A DNA stretch of 64,000 nucleotides from a virus. The translations under genes were made by a program, and so were the position numbers. Within the stretch, counting starts at the first letter, position 1. The number at the start of each line of letters is the position of its first letter. This document shows positions 17,419 to 27,787 of this stretch, piece after piece. The DNA lies in IMG/VR virus record IMGVR_UViG_3300035189_000033, positions 1 through 64,000 of that record; one strand, given 5' to 3'. Under the pieces are notes generated by a model that saw only the letters and a list, made by a program, of their open reading frames with translations, did no database searches and was not told the origin of the DNA.

Positions 17419-18509
17419 CCGTTCATGCCGACGAAATCAACATCTACGGGTCGGCCAACATGCCCGAAGCCGACGGCGTCACGGTCGGCGGCGCGGTCGA
17501 CCTGACCAAATCGATCACGTTCTCGGACCTCGCGGCGAACGGAACGATCGATTTCCTGTCTTCATCGGCATCCGACACCGCAACCCGGATCCAGGTGGCC
17601 GGGCGCGACGGGGCGGGCATTATCCAGACACCGGCCTATGTGACATTGACCGGCACAACCAAGGTGCTGGGAGCGCAGACCTTTGGCCGCCTGCTGTACG
17701 GCGCGACCTCGGGCGCCAGCGCCAACGGACCGCTGTCCAACCCGGGCGGCACCGCAGCGGTGGGCGACGTGGCGGCCATGGCGCACACGCTCACGATCAC
17801 CGCGCACACCTGTCAGGCCGGATCGGCGAACCATTCAGGCGTCACGCCGCCGACGATCAAGCTCCAGGCGGGCGACGGCGCCTCGATCACGCTGGGCATG
17901 ATCATCCACCTGACCGGCGGGACCGGATCGGGGCAGATCAGGCAGGCGTGCAGCCTGTCGGGCACCGCGTCGGGGCAATACGGAACCGACGTGATCGCGG
18001 TCAACCGCGACTGGACCACGGTGCCGGACGCGACCACGACGTATGAGGTGGCGACGGGGATGCTGTTCCCGATCCTGCCCAACCCCGTGACGGCGGTGAT
18101 CCGCCCGTTCGCCACCGCCGCGTCGGATGTCGTCGGCGGATCGACGCGGATTTACTATGAAAAAGGCTTCGTGCTGAACACCGACACCGCCACCGCGCTG
18201 ACGTCACAGACGCTGATCAAGCAGATCGACCCGGCCGGGCTGTATTCGGGCGGCGGCGCGCTGGATATCGCCCCGTGCACGACGCTGAATGACACGGTGA
18301 CCGCAACCAACCGCCAGACCGCTCCAGGCTCGGGCGTCGGGTCGTACTCGAGCGGGGCGGCACCGCAGACGGTCACACCGCCAGCGCAGACGGCCGCCGC
18401 GAACGCCGCGTCACAGGCGCAAGGCTTCTGGCTGCGCCTGACGCTGCCGCCCGCGCTGGCCCCGGCCAACGGGTATTTCGATCTGCGGTCGTACGGCACC
18501 TCCACCTGA
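17415..18509 (+). CDS. putative virion structural protein
   Basis: AAGGAG SD plus GTG; Thr/Gly/Ala-rich beta protein; GTGSGQIR...WTTVPDATTTY. Confidence 0.7.
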   Translation: MTVHADEINIYGSANMPEADGVTVGGAVDLTKSITFSDLAANGTIDFLSSSASDTATRIQVAGRDGAGIIQTPAYVTLTGTTKVLGAQTFGRLLYGATSGASANGPLSNPGGTAAVGDVAAMAHTLTITAHTCQAGSANHSGVTPPTIKLQAGDGASITLGMIIHLTGGTGSGQIRQACSLSGTASGQYGTDVIAVNRDWTTVPDATTTYEVATGMLFPILPNPVTAVIRPFATAASDVVGGSTRIYYEKGFVLNTDTATALTSQTLIKQIDPAGLYSGGGALDIAPCTTLNDTVTATNRQTAPGSGVGSYSSGAAPQTVTPPAQTAAANAASQAQGFWLRLTLPPALAPANGYFDLRSYGTST

Positions 18510-18535
18510 TCTAGCCGCCAAGCGGGGGGATCACC

Positions 18536-21500
18536 GTGGCGAACACATACGTCGACCGGGCGCGCATGAGCACCGCCACCACCGGCACCGGGACAATGAC
18601 CCTGGGATCGGCGGCGACCGCCTATCAGACGTTCGCGGCGGCGGGCGTGACCACGGGCGAGACGGTCGAATATCTGATCGAGGACGGCACCGCCTGGGAG
18701 ATCGGCACCGGCACTTACAACGCGACCGGGCCGACGCTGTCGCGCTCGCTGCGCAGTTCATCGACCGGTTCGCTCCTGGTGCTGGACGGCGCGGCGATCG
18801 TGACGGTGGTGCTAACGGCGCAGACGATTGCAAACCTGGCGCCGCTCGCCTCACCGATCTTCACCGGGTCCGTCGTGATCCCGGGCGGGTCGGTGGATGG
18901 CACGACGGTTGGGCTGACGAACCCCAGCACCGGGGCGTTCACCACGCTTTCGAGCATCGTGGCGCCGGTGTGGGCGGCCGGCGCGGGGGGGATCAATGGT
19001 GTCGGTGGTAGCGCGAAGGGCGTCTGCTTTGGCGGTGGCACCTTCGTCGCGGTCGGATACACCGGCAATCCAATCACCGGATCGGGCACCCAGGCTGCGT
19101 ACTCGACCAATGGCGGCAGCACCTGGACCGCCGCGACACTGCCCGCCGCACGCCGCTGGGTCGGCGTCGCCTACGGTGCAGCCACCTTTGTCGCCATTGC
19201 CGCGACCAGCGGCACCATTGCGGCCTATTCGACCAACGCAGGCGCCACATGGACCACCGCAAACCTGCCAACGACGGCCACATGGGGGGCTGTGACTTAT
19301 GGCGGCGCGCTCTTTGTGGCCACGGCCACGAACAACGCCGCGGCGGCTTACTCCTCGGACGGCATCACCTGGACGGCGGCGACGCTGCCGGCCTCCGCCA
19401 GCGGAGTCACCTATGGGAATGGGGTGTTTGTCGCGGTTGGCACCGGCACCGGAACCGCTGCGATGTATTCGACCAACGGCAGCACCTGGACCGCGGCGAC
19501 ACTGCCCGTCAGTCAAAACTGGAGCAGTGTCGCCTACGGTAACGGGGTGTTCGTGGCGGTGGCCAGCAGCGGTAGCGCCGTGGCCGCCTACTCGACCAAC
19601 GGCATCACCTGGACCGCCGCGACGCTGCCGGCCGGTCTGGGGTGGATCGCGGTCGCCTACGGTAACGGGGTGTTTGTCGCCATCAGCAACGACGAAGCGG
19701 GGACACCCGCGTATTCGACTGATGGCATTCACTGGGCCTGCATAGCCCCAAGTGCGGTGTTGTCGGTTTCTTCTACGCCCGCAATCGCCTACGGAAACGG
19801 CAGTTTCGTTGCCGTTGGCGCTATGTCCTTCCCCGCCATGATCGCCACGCTCTCAGGCATCACCGCGGCGCTCGCGTCGTGCTCGGTGTTGATTGCCACC
19901 AGCGACATCCAGATCGGCACCGGCGGCACGACGCTCACCGGGCCGTTGCTGCAAGCGACCGGATCGTCGGCCAACACGCAAGAAATCGCGGTCCAGAACC
20001 TGCTCAACGGCGCCAATTCCAGCAGCGATTTCGTCGCCACCGCCGACGACGGCACCGCGACCACCAATTTCGTGGATCTCGGCATCAATTCGTCGGGCTA
20101 TTCGGACGTCACGTTCACGGTCTGCGGGCCGAACGACGGGTACCTCTACACCGAAACGTCGAACCTCGCGATCGGCGCCGGGGCGAGCGGGAAGAACCTG
20201 TTGTTGTTCGCGGGCGGGCAGTTGGCGGCCAACATCGTCGCCACGGTGAGCGCAACCGGTGTTGCGGTGGCAGGCGGGGTTTACGGCAACCCGATCGAGG
20301 CCGGAAGCTCCAGCCTCGCAGCGACGGCGCAGATGACGCTCGCGGCCCTGGCCGGAAACTCGCGCCAGATCGTGTTCTATTCCGGCGCGGCGGCAAGGTG
20401 GGGCATTGCAGCATCCGGCGACACCGAGAGCGGCTCCAACGCAGGCAGCAATCTCGTCATCACCGGCTTCAACGATGCCGGGACGTCCGTCATTGATGTG
20501 ATCACGGTCAACCGCGCGAGCGGCGCCGTCGCGCTGCCCGGGGCGCTGGCGGTGGGCGGCACGACCACGCTGAGCGGGGCGACCAGGATAAACCTCAATG
20601 CCAGCCCCACCGCTGGCGGCGCGCTGGCATCGGGAACCACGCTGCAACTGACTGGGCCGGATACCACCTTCAACCGGATCATATTGGACGCCTTTGGCGC
20701 CAATTCTTCGGTCATCTTTCGTCGCGCAGATGGCACCGGAGCGGCACCGACCGCGCTGCTAGCCAACGAGAGCATCGGCAGCCTTAACTGGGTCGGGTAC
20801 GGCGCAACGGGTTACGGCGGCGGGAGATTATTTATCAATGGCTTTGCCGCCGCCGCCTGGACGGACACCGCGCAAGCGGCCTATTTGACCTTCCAAACAA
20901 CACCGCTCGGCACCGTCACTTCGATCGAGCGGATGCGTATTCAGGCTTCGGGTAACGTCTCCATCGGCAGCGCGACCGATGACGGCGTTAATGCCCTTCA
21001 AGTCACGGGATCGGGCATATTCTCGGGCGGCCTCACCGTCACCGGCGAAGTAACCCTGGGCGCAGGCAACGCCGGTCAGACCACCATCGGCGGGTCCGGC
21101 TCGTTCATCGGCTCAAACGCGATCTATTCGGGCGGTTGGAAATACATCGCCACCGACTATGCGTGGTTCCTCCGGGGCGATGGCGCCACGAGCGATGTGG
21201 TGTCTCTCTATGTGGCACCGTCCGGCACGGCAGGGGCGGCCATGTCGCAGGTGGCGGCATTCACCGCGAGCCAGGCCGGTTTGATGACGTTCCCGAACGG
21301 CATCAGTGTCAGTGGCAGCGCATCCGTGGCCGCTTTAACTGCAAGCGGCATCACCACGCTCAACAACAACGTGTTTGTCAACTCCAGCAGTGGTACAGCG
21401 CTGATAGTGCAAAATACCGGTTGCGGTTATGTTGCTCTGGCACCAGGGCTTAGCACCAATACTGGCTATCTTGCGTTCTACAATGCAGCGGGTGCGCGCC

Positions 21501-22291
21501 AAGGTTATGTGGGATTTGCTGCCGCATCTGGGCTGATACAGCTTGAGAGCGAAGGCACCGCAACTGGCTATAATGTAACTGGTACGTTGACAGCAGCAGG
21601 CGGTATCATCAGCACGGCGATCGGGGCTTCATCGCCCTCAACTGGCGCGTTCACCACGCTTTCCGCCAGCACCAGCCTCACACTCGGTTCGAACACCGCC
21701 GCCGCCTCCGAAATCATCATGGTCAACGCCGCCGCCGGCCAGACCAAGGGCGTTGAATTCCTGACCGGCGGCGTAGAACGGTGGCTGCTGCAATGCACCA
21801 ATGATGCGGAAACCGGCAGCAATGCCGGCAGCAACCTGATCCTGCTGGGCGTCAACGACACCAACAGCGCGATCACCGCCCAGCTCACCATCAACCGCGC
21901 CAGCGGGCTCGCGACATTCGCAGGGGCGGTGACGGCGGCCGGAACGCTGACCAATGGCGGCGTGCGCATCGACACCGCCACCGCCACCGCGACACCGACA
22001 ACCGGCGGGACGGTGGCGATCGCCGCGGGTGTCTCGAAGCAGATCATCAATCCGGCCGGCACGCTGGCAACCTTGACGGTGACCAGCCCGCCCGCGCCGT
22101 CGAACGCCGCCGGCAGCATCCAGACGCTCGAAATCACCTTCACCCGCGCCATCACCGCGATCACCTGGACGTCGGGCTCGGGCGCGAGCTACGCCGGTGC
22201 CACGATGCCGACAACGGTCGCCGTGGGCGCGCTGGTGCGGCTGTGGTGGGTGCAGAGCCTGTCGAGCTGGATGCACATGGTCCCGGTCTGA
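18536..22291 (+). CDS. Fibre/receptor-binding protein with a BNR-like beta-propeller
   Basis: N-terminal TTGTGTMTL...WEIGTGTY; about six repeats of TWTAATLP..W..VAYGNGVFVAV..AAYSTNG; ERMRI fibre motif. Confidence 0.8.
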   Translation: MANTYVDRARMSTATTGTGTMTLGSAATAYQTFAAAGVTTGETVEYLIEDGTAWEIGTGTYNATGPTLSRSLRSSSTGSLLVLDGAAIVTVVLTAQTIANLAPLASPIFTGSVVIPGGSVDGTTVGLTNPSTGAFTTLSSIVAPVWAAGAGGINGVGGSAKGVCFGGGTFVAVGYTGNPITGSGTQAAYSTNGGSTWTAATLPAARRWVGVAYGAATFVAIAATSGTIAAYSTNAGATWTTANLPTTATWGAVTYGGALFVATATNNAAAAYSSDGITWTAATLPASASGVTYGNGVFVAVGTGTGTAAMYSTNGSTWTAATLPVSQNWSSVAYGNGVFVAVASSGSAVAAYSTNGITWTAATLPAGLGWIAVAYGNGVFVAISNDEAGTPAYSTDGIHWACIAPSAVLSVSSTPAIAYGNGSFVAVGAMSFPAMIATLSGITAALASCSVLIATSDIQIGTGGTTLTGPLLQATGSSANTQEIAVQNLLNGANSSSDFVATADDGTATTNFVDLGINSSGYSDVTFTVCGPNDGYLYTETSNLAIGAGASGKNLLLFAGGQLAANIVATVSATGVAVAGGVYGNPIEAGSSSLAATAQMTLAALAGNSRQIVFYSGAAARWGIAASGDTESGSNAGSNLVITGFNDAGTSVIDVITVNRASGAVALPGALAVGGTTTLSGATRINLNASPTAGGALASGTTLQLTGPDTTFNRIILDAFGANSSVIFRRADGTGAAPTALLANESIGSLNWVGYGATGYGGGRLFINGFAAAAWTDTAQAAYLTFQTTPLGTVTSIERMRIQASGNVSIGSATDDGVNALQVTGSGIFSGGLTVTGEVTLGAGNAGQTTIGGSGSFIGSNAIYSGGWKYIATDYAWFLRGDGATSDVVSLYVAPSGTAGAAMSQVAAFTASQAGLMTFPNGISVSGSASVAALTASGITTLNNNVFVNSSSGTALIVQNTGCGYVALAPGLSTNTGYLAFYNAAGARQGYVGFAAASGLIQLESEGTATGYNVTGTLTAAGGIISTAIGASSPSTGAFTTLSASTSLTLGSNTAAASEIIMVNAAAGQTKGVEFLTGGVERWLLQCTNDAETGSNAGSNLILLGVNDTNSAITAQLTINRASGLATFAGAVTAAGTLTNGGVRIDTATATATPTTGGTVAIAAGVSKQIINPAGTLATLTVTSPPAPSNAAGSIQTLEITFTRAITAITWTSGSGASYAGATMPTTVAVGALVRLWWVQSLSSWMHMVPV

Positions 22292-22295
22292 TCTG

Positions 22296-24035
22296 ATGTA
22301 CGGCTCGTCCGGCTACAGCGTCGAATGCTACTCGAACGGGCTGCCGCGGTACATCGTGGTGGTCGACGCGCTGGTGCCGGATTCCAGCCTTGCCAGCGTG
22401 CGCACCGACGCGAACCTGCCGGATTCCAGCAGTGTCAGCGTGGCGGTCACCGGCGCGACGCCGCAGGAACAGGCGGGAACGCCGGCTGGCGCTGTCGTCA
22501 TCACCGACGAACACGCGGCGGCGCTGCGGGGCGACGGCGCAACGTCGCTCGAAGACCTGCAATCACTGGCCCGCGACGCAGCGGCGGACCTCGAACACAC
22601 CGCAGCGCAGCAAACCACCGCCCAGCTTGCGGCCGAATCGCTGGCGGCGCTGCGGGGCGACGCAGCGGCATCGCTCGAAGCCCTGGCCGGGCCGCAATCC
22701 ACCGGCGCAAGCCCGCTGGAAACGCTGGCCGGACTGCGCACCGACGCCAACGAACCGGCCGAAAACCTCGCTGCGGAAGCGACGAACGCAGCGATCGGGC
22801 AGGAAAACACCGGCACCGTTCGCGGTGACGAAGCGATCCCGCTCGAATCGCTGGAGGGCTTGGCGCGCGACAGTCAGCCACCCCTTGAACACCTGATCGG
22901 CGCACAAAGCGACGCAGCGAGCCCAGACGAAGCCAACTCTGCGCAGATATCGACCGGCGCGATCGCGGTTGAGCACCGCGCCAGCGAGCGGGCAGATGCG
23001 ACCGCGCCGCTGGAAAACCTCGGATCGGTCGTCACCGATGCAACCAACCCGCTCGAAAGCAAGGCGGGACTGAGCAGCGACGGGGCCATCGCCGCGGAAC
23101 AGAGCGCGGCGCAGCAGACCACCGGCGCGAGCCCGCTGGAAAGCCTGAGCAACCAGCGCGCCGATGCCGCAGAACCGGCAGAAACACTCGCTGCAGAAGA
23201 AACCGATGCCGCCAGCCCGACAGAGTCCACCCAGGGGCTTGCCACCGATCAGGCATCGCCGATCGAAACCCTGGCGGGCGAACAGACCGACACCGAAGCA
23301 ACGTCGGAAAGCGGGCAGACCGTTGCGGCTGATACAACGACACCGGCCGAGACACTCACCGGGCTGCAAACCACCCAGGTCAATCCGCTGGAATGGACCG
23401 GCTCGGTGGTCGCGGTCAGCACCACGCAATCGATGCCGATCGAATGGACCGGCACGGTCGAGGCCGACGCAGCGACCGGCGCTGAATTTGTTGCATCGAC
23501 GGCCGGGGGCGCGGCGCAACCACTGGAAAGCCTTGCCGCAACCGCAACCGACACCGCGCCATCGCTAGAGTCCTCGGCCGCAGTCACCAAAGACACCGCA
23601 AGCCCGGTGCAGCCCGCCACGACCACGCCGGCCTACGGCGGTGCGACCGATGACACGCTGGCGGAACCGCCGCCCGGCTACCGGCGGATGCTGGACACCA
23701 GCGGGATCAACCTGCGTGAACTGCAAGAACAACGACTTCAGCAGGCGCGCCGTGAAATCGGGCTGTTGCAGGGTGATGAGGTGCCGCTGCTGCCGGCGCC
23801 GATCGCAGCCGTGCCGCTGGCGGAGCGCATCGCGTTTGCCGAATTGCCGGTTATTCAGATCCCGGAACTGCTGCGCGACATGTACGCAGAAGAGATCGCC
23901 GCCGCGCTGCTGGCCGCGATCCGGGCGGATGATGCGGCGGAACTGGCGCGGATCGAGCAGGCGCGTGCGGCGCGGTTACTGCGGATCAATCGTGACGACG
24001 CCGACGTTCTGCTGTTGCTTTCGGCACTGATCTGA
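22296..24035 (+). CDS. 14-residue-repeat fibrous protein
   Basis: About 26 repeats like LESLAGLxxDAAxP; C-terminal DDADVLLLL. Confidence 0.75.
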   Translation: MYGSSGYSVECYSNGLPRYIVVVDALVPDSSLASVRTDANLPDSSSVSVAVTGATPQEQAGTPAGAVVITDEHAAALRGDGATSLEDLQSLARDAAADLEHTAAQQTTAQLAAESLAALRGDAAASLEALAGPQSTGASPLETLAGLRTDANEPAENLAAEATNAAIGQENTGTVRGDEAIPLESLEGLARDSQPPLEHLIGAQSDAASPDEANSAQISTGAIAVEHRASERADATAPLENLGSVVTDATNPLESKAGLSSDGAIAAEQSAAQQTTGASPLESLSNQRADAAEPAETLAAEETDAASPTESTQGLATDQASPIETLAGEQTDTEATSESGQTVAADTTTPAETLTGLQTTQVNPLEWTGSVVAVSTTQSMPIEWTGTVEADAATGAEFVASTAGGAAQPLESLAATATDTAPSLESSAAVTKDTASPVQPATTTPAYGGATDDTLAEPPPGYRRMLDTSGINLRELQEQRLQQARREIGLLQGDEVPLLPAPIAAVPLAERIAFAELPVIQIPELLRDMYAEEIAAALLAAIRADDAAELARIEQARAARLLRINRDDADVLLLLSALI

Positions 24036-24065
24036 TCGCAAAACCGATACGCTCGCGGCAACATA

Positions 24066-24094
24066 TTGACGACACACGATGATATCCCATAAGA
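24066..24094 (+). promoter_or_regulatory. putative sigma70-type promoter for scaffold/coat genes
   Basis: TTGACG-N16-CATAAG in the intergenic gap. Confidence 0.45.
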
Positions 24095-24139
24095 GTCGCT
24101 CCGCGAACCTACGACGCGACCCGATGGAGACCTGTTTCC

Positions 24140-25297
24140 GTGGCATCTACTGCCGTTTCGCGACCGCCTGACATCCTGATCCGCGCCGCGCCGGCGCTGT
24201 CGGCGACGGCGGACGGGCCGCTGGAACAGGCTCCACGGCCGCCCATTTCTGCGTCGAACCATGCGGACGACCAGGACGCGGGCATCCCGGCGGAGATGAC
24301 GCTGGAAGAGAAAGCCGCCGCAGACGCCGCCAGAACCACCCCGGCGCTAAGCGCCAACAACCCTAAGAAGCAAAGCGACTGGCCTGAACCGGGATCGGAG
24401 CCAGGACGCGAACCGGCCGCGAAGCCTGGAGACAAGCCCGCAGCGGAATCGCAAAACGCGACGGAAGACGACGACGTCGATGTGTCGGACCTGCCGCCCG
24501 AAACGCAGGCTTTCGCGGTGCGCGAAATTTCCAACGCGCGCAAGGCCGCACGCGCAAAGGTCAGGGAAGCCACCGCTGCGGCGGACGCTGCCAGGGCTGC
24601 CGCCGAAGCCGCACAGGCCGAACTCGCCGAGATGCGCGCCAAGATTGCTGACGCCAGGCCGGCCGAACCGCCGAAGCTGGATCCGCGTCCGACGCGAGAC
24701 GGTTTTGACGATCCCGACAGCTACGACAGCGCGCTGACCGACTGGGCCGAGCGCGAGGGTGCGCGCAAGGCGGAGGCGAAGATCGCCGCAGAGGCCGCCG
24801 CCGCCCGCGCGGCCCAGGAAACCGCCGCACAGGCCGCACAGGCTGCCGCCGCCGAAGCGCAACGTGAGGCGCTGAACGCGGACTGGACCGCCAAAGTCGC
24901 CGCTGCCTCCGCCAAATATCCCGATTATATCGCCGTCGCCGAGGGCAATCATCCGGTCTCCATGCCGATGGCCGAAGCGATCATGCGAGCCGATAACGGC
25001 GCGGACATCGCCTATTACCTCGGCAAGAACCCCGAAGAGTCGGCGCGGATCGCCGCGTTGCCCTACTTCGCGAGTCAGATCACCGAGATCGGCAAAATCT
25101 CCGCCCAGCTTGCCGCCCCACAAAGCCGCCGGACGCGATCGCGCCCGATCGAACCGGTCGAGAGCGGCGCCGCGCCAGCCGACATCGGCACGCGCGAGCC
25201 GTCGATGGACGAATGGGGTGCCAAGCGGACGAAAGAAATTCTCTCTGCCCGACGGCCGTTCTTCCAGGTGGCAGAGCAGATCGCTAACCGGCACTGA
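24140..25297 (+). CDS. Capsid scaffolding protein
   Basis: Acidic/Ala coiled coil; P..DGFDD..SYDSAL; GADIAYYLGKNPEES..IA; immediately upstream of the coat gene. Confidence 0.85.
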   Translation: MASTAVSRPPDILIRAAPALSATADGPLEQAPRPPISASNHADDQDAGIPAEMTLEEKAAADAARTTPALSANNPKKQSDWPEPGSEPGREPAAKPGDKPAAESQNATEDDDVDVSDLPPETQAFAVREISNARKAARAKVREATAAADAARAAAEAAQAELAEMRAKIADARPAEPPKLDPRPTRDGFDDPDSYDSALTDWAEREGARKAEAKIAAEAAAARAAQETAAQAAQAAAAEAQREALNADWTAKVAAASAKYPDYIAVAEGNHPVSMPMAEAIMRADNGADIAYYLGKNPEESARIAALPYFASQITEIGKISAQLAAPQSRRTRSRPIEPVESGAAPADIGTREPSMDEWGAKRTKEILSARRPFFQVAEQIANRH

Positions 25298-25308
25298 CGC
25301 CGTGAGGG

Positions 25309-25441
25309 CCGAACCGGACGGCATATTCCGGGTGGCTGAAGCCTAAAACCCGAACCGGACGGGATATTCCGGGTGGCTGACGCCTGAAAACGCCACCGGC
25401 GCGACGAAGCCGGGACCGCCACCGGGGCATATCCCGGGTCG
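25309..25441 (+). repeat. Tandem ~41-bp repeats plus two degenerate copies, each a hairpin
   Basis: CCGAACCGGACGG(C/G)ATATTCCGGGTGGCTGA(A/C)GCCT x2, then ACCGG..CCGGG x2. Confidence 0.85.
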
Positions 25442-25507
25442 AGGAACCATCACTCATGCAAACAACCAGATAGCCGCTCCGCGTGCGGGGCGCGCAGGAG
25501 TTTAACC

Positions 25508-26692
25508 GTGGCCTCGAACGCCCTTCTCACGCCTGCCCTGATCTCCAAGGAAACTCTGGTGATCCTGGAAAACAATCTGGTTGCGGCTGGCAAGGTGAAC
25601 CGCCAGTTCGAAAATCAGTTCGTCAAAATCGGCACCACGCTCACCATACGCAAGCCGAACCGGTTCAAGATCAGCCTCGGACCCGCGCTCCAGATCCAGG
25701 ACATCAGCGAGCCCTCGACCTCGATCGCCATCTCGACCCAGGCGCACGTCGATTTCCAGTTCTCCAGCCAGGAACTGACGCTGACGATCGAGGAATACAG
25801 CGAGCGCTACTGCAAGCCGGCAGCCGTCACCATCGCCAACACGATCGACGTGTCCGTTCTGGCGAACTTCACCTCGGTCTACAACGAAGTCGGCACGCCC
25901 GGCACCTTGCCGGCGAACTTCCCCGCACTCGCCGCCGTCGGCCAGCGGCTCGATGAATCCGCCGCTCCGCAGGACGGGCGCGTGCTGATCCTCAACCCCG
26001 CCGCGTACTGGTCACTGGCGAGCGGGCTGTCGAACCTGTTCACCCGTTCGGTTGCCGAACCGGCGCTAAAAGGCTTCCTGGCCGCGATCGCCAACTTCGA
26101 AATCTACGAAGACCAGAACGTCCAGTCGCAGACCGTCGGCGCACAGGGCGGCACACCGACCGTCAACGGCGCCGGCCAGACCGGGGCATCGCTGATCACC
26201 CAGGGATGGTCGAACAACATCACCGGTCTGCTGAACGTCGGTGATGTGTTCACCATCGCCGGCGTCTACGCGATCAATCCGCAAAGCCGTCAGTCCACCG
26301 GCACGCTGATGAACTTCGTCGTCACCACGGCGGCCAATTCATCGGGCGGCGGTGCGGCGACGCTGGCCATCGCGCCGGCGATCACCACCACCGGCGCCTA
26401 TCAGAACGTCTCGGCTGCACCGGCCAACAACGCCGCGATCACCGTGTTCGGCACAGGTGGATCGACGTATTTCCAGAACATCGGATTTACCCGCGATGCG
26501 TTCGGTCTGGTGAGCGTGCCGATGGAGCTGCCGGGCGGTGTCGACTTCGCGGCGCGCGAGATGTGGAAAAACATCTCGATGCGGATCGTTCGGGCGTTCG
26601 ACATTTTCAACGACGTCACCCCGTGCAGAATCGACGTCCTGTTCGGAACTTCCTGTTTTTACCCTGAGTTGGCTTGCAGGCTGACCAACTGA
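25508..26692 (+). CDS. Major capsid protein (P22 coat gp5 family)
   Basis: NALLTP..ISKETL..LENNLV, KIGTTLTIRKP, RDAFGLVSVPM, RIDVLFG...PELACR; AGGAG SD. Confidence 0.93.
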   Translation: MASNALLTPALISKETLVILENNLVAAGKVNRQFENQFVKIGTTLTIRKPNRFKISLGPALQIQDISEPSTSIAISTQAHVDFQFSSQELTLTIEEYSERYCKPAAVTIANTIDVSVLANFTSVYNEVGTPGTLPANFPALAAVGQRLDESAAPQDGRVLILNPAAYWSLASGLSNLFTRSVAEPALKGFLAAIANFEIYEDQNVQSQTVGAQGGTPTVNGAGQTGASLITQGWSNNITGLLNVGDVFTIAGVYAINPQSRQSTGTLMNFVVTTAANSSGGGAATLAIAPAITTTGAYQNVSAAPANNAAITVFGTGGSTYFQNIGFTRDAFGLVSVPMELPGGVDFAAREMWKNISMRIVRAFDIFNDVTPCRIDVLFGTSCFYPELACRLTN

Positions 26693-26695
26693 GCC

Positions 26696-27004
26696 ATGAC
26701 CAGCCGCCAGATACGCCGCCTGCGCCGCCAGTTCGCCGAACAGGTGGACCGCGAACGCAACGGCGCGCCAATTCCGGGCGATATCCTCGAACGGATGACC
26801 AAGCCGAAGTCGCCGGATGTGTTGTTTCAGGTGGTGGTGACGGTGCGCGAGAACCGCGCGCTGTTGCCGGTTGGTCCGGCGATGAACCGCGACGCCTGCG
26901 GCTTGATGGCGGAAGCGGTCAACAAGCAGATTGCGCTAGGCCGCGAACGCACCTGGATGAATGCCGCCGTCGTTCCCCTTACCCCGATAACAGGAGTACA
27001 CTGA
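26696..27004 (+). CDS. hypothetical protein
   Basis: Follows the coat gene in the operon. Confidence 0.6.
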   Translation: MTSRQIRRLRRQFAEQVDRERNGAPIPGDILERMTKPKSPDVLFQVVVTVRENRALLPVGPAMNRDACGLMAEAVNKQIALGRERTWMNAAVVPLTPITGVH

Positions 27005-27007
27005 GCC

Positions 27008-27316
27008 ATGTCCGGTTCAAACAACGAACCCGTCACCGTGGGCACCGTCACCACCACGACCAACGCGCGGAACCTGTCGGACGGCAACCCGGTCGGCACC
27101 GTGTTCGGCCTGAGCCCGACCGATCTGATCAGCCATTACGGGGCGGCAGCGGTGCCGCAGTTCAGCCAGCCGGGTGCGCCCAACACCACGACCGGGGCGG
27201 CGGGCAGCGTGACGGCGGCGTTCACCAACACCACCTTCACCGGCGGCATCGGCACCTCCGCCTACAGCATCGGCGACATCGTGACGGCGCTGAAGCGATA
27301 CGGGCTGCTGGCGTAA
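27008..27316 (+). CDS. putative minor capsid/decoration protein
   Basis: AGGAG SD; FG...ISHYG...IVTALKRYGLLA. Confidence 0.65.
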   Translation: MSGSNNEPVTVGTVTTTTNARNLSDGNPVGTVFGLSPTDLISHYGAAAVPQFSQPGAPNTTTGAAGSVTAAFTNTTFTGGIGTSAYSIGDIVTALKRYGLLA

Positions 27317-27412
27317 CCCGGCCGAAACGCGAGGGGAGCCTGGCGGGTGTGCCTACCAAGCGCCCGCCGGTTGCGGTAATCGTGTCTGGATTGACACGGG
27401 GACGAGGCGGCA

Positions 27413-27787
27413 ATGGGCACGGTCGAGATGGTGGCGCGGGCGATGTGCTTCTCGGAAGGCGAAGACCCGGACACGCCGCTGGTGCCGTGGCATGTGCCGA
27501 TCATTGGCCCGCGCGGCTATTGCGTGGCACCGCCAAACGAACAGGTGATTGCGGCGTGGATGGTCTACGCGCGTCAGGCACGCGCCGCCATCGAAGCGAT
27601 GCACGAACCGTCCGGGGCGATGATCGAGGCCGGCATGAGAGCGATTCTGCTGCGGAACACGGGGGAGTCCGGCGAGGTGGTGCGTGAGGTCTGGCGCGCG
27701 ATGACCGCTGCCATGATGGAACAGCCAACCAAGCCGGGCGAGGCGCCGGACCGGGGCTTCGGCATACGAGAAAAGGCTGCGGGATGA
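27413..27787 (+). CDS. hypothetical protein
   Basis: VEMVARAM...ARAAIEAMHEPSGAMIEAG...WRAM, a common alphaproteobacterial phage motif. Confidence 0.65.
   Translation: MGTVEMVARAMCFSEGEDPDTPLVPWHVPIIGPRGYCVAPPNEQVIAAWMVYARQARAAIEAMHEPSGAMIEAGMRAILLRNTGESGEVVREVWRAMTAAMMEQPTKPGEAPDRGFGIREKAAG

Noticed and set aside
25309-25441. Possible mini-CRISPR array
   Set aside because: The repeats abut with no unique spacers and no cas genes are present.
27317-27412. Possible tRNA or ncRNA after the capsid genes
   Set aside because: Only two simple hairpins; no cloverleaf or T-loop (GTTCRA) and no U-tract.
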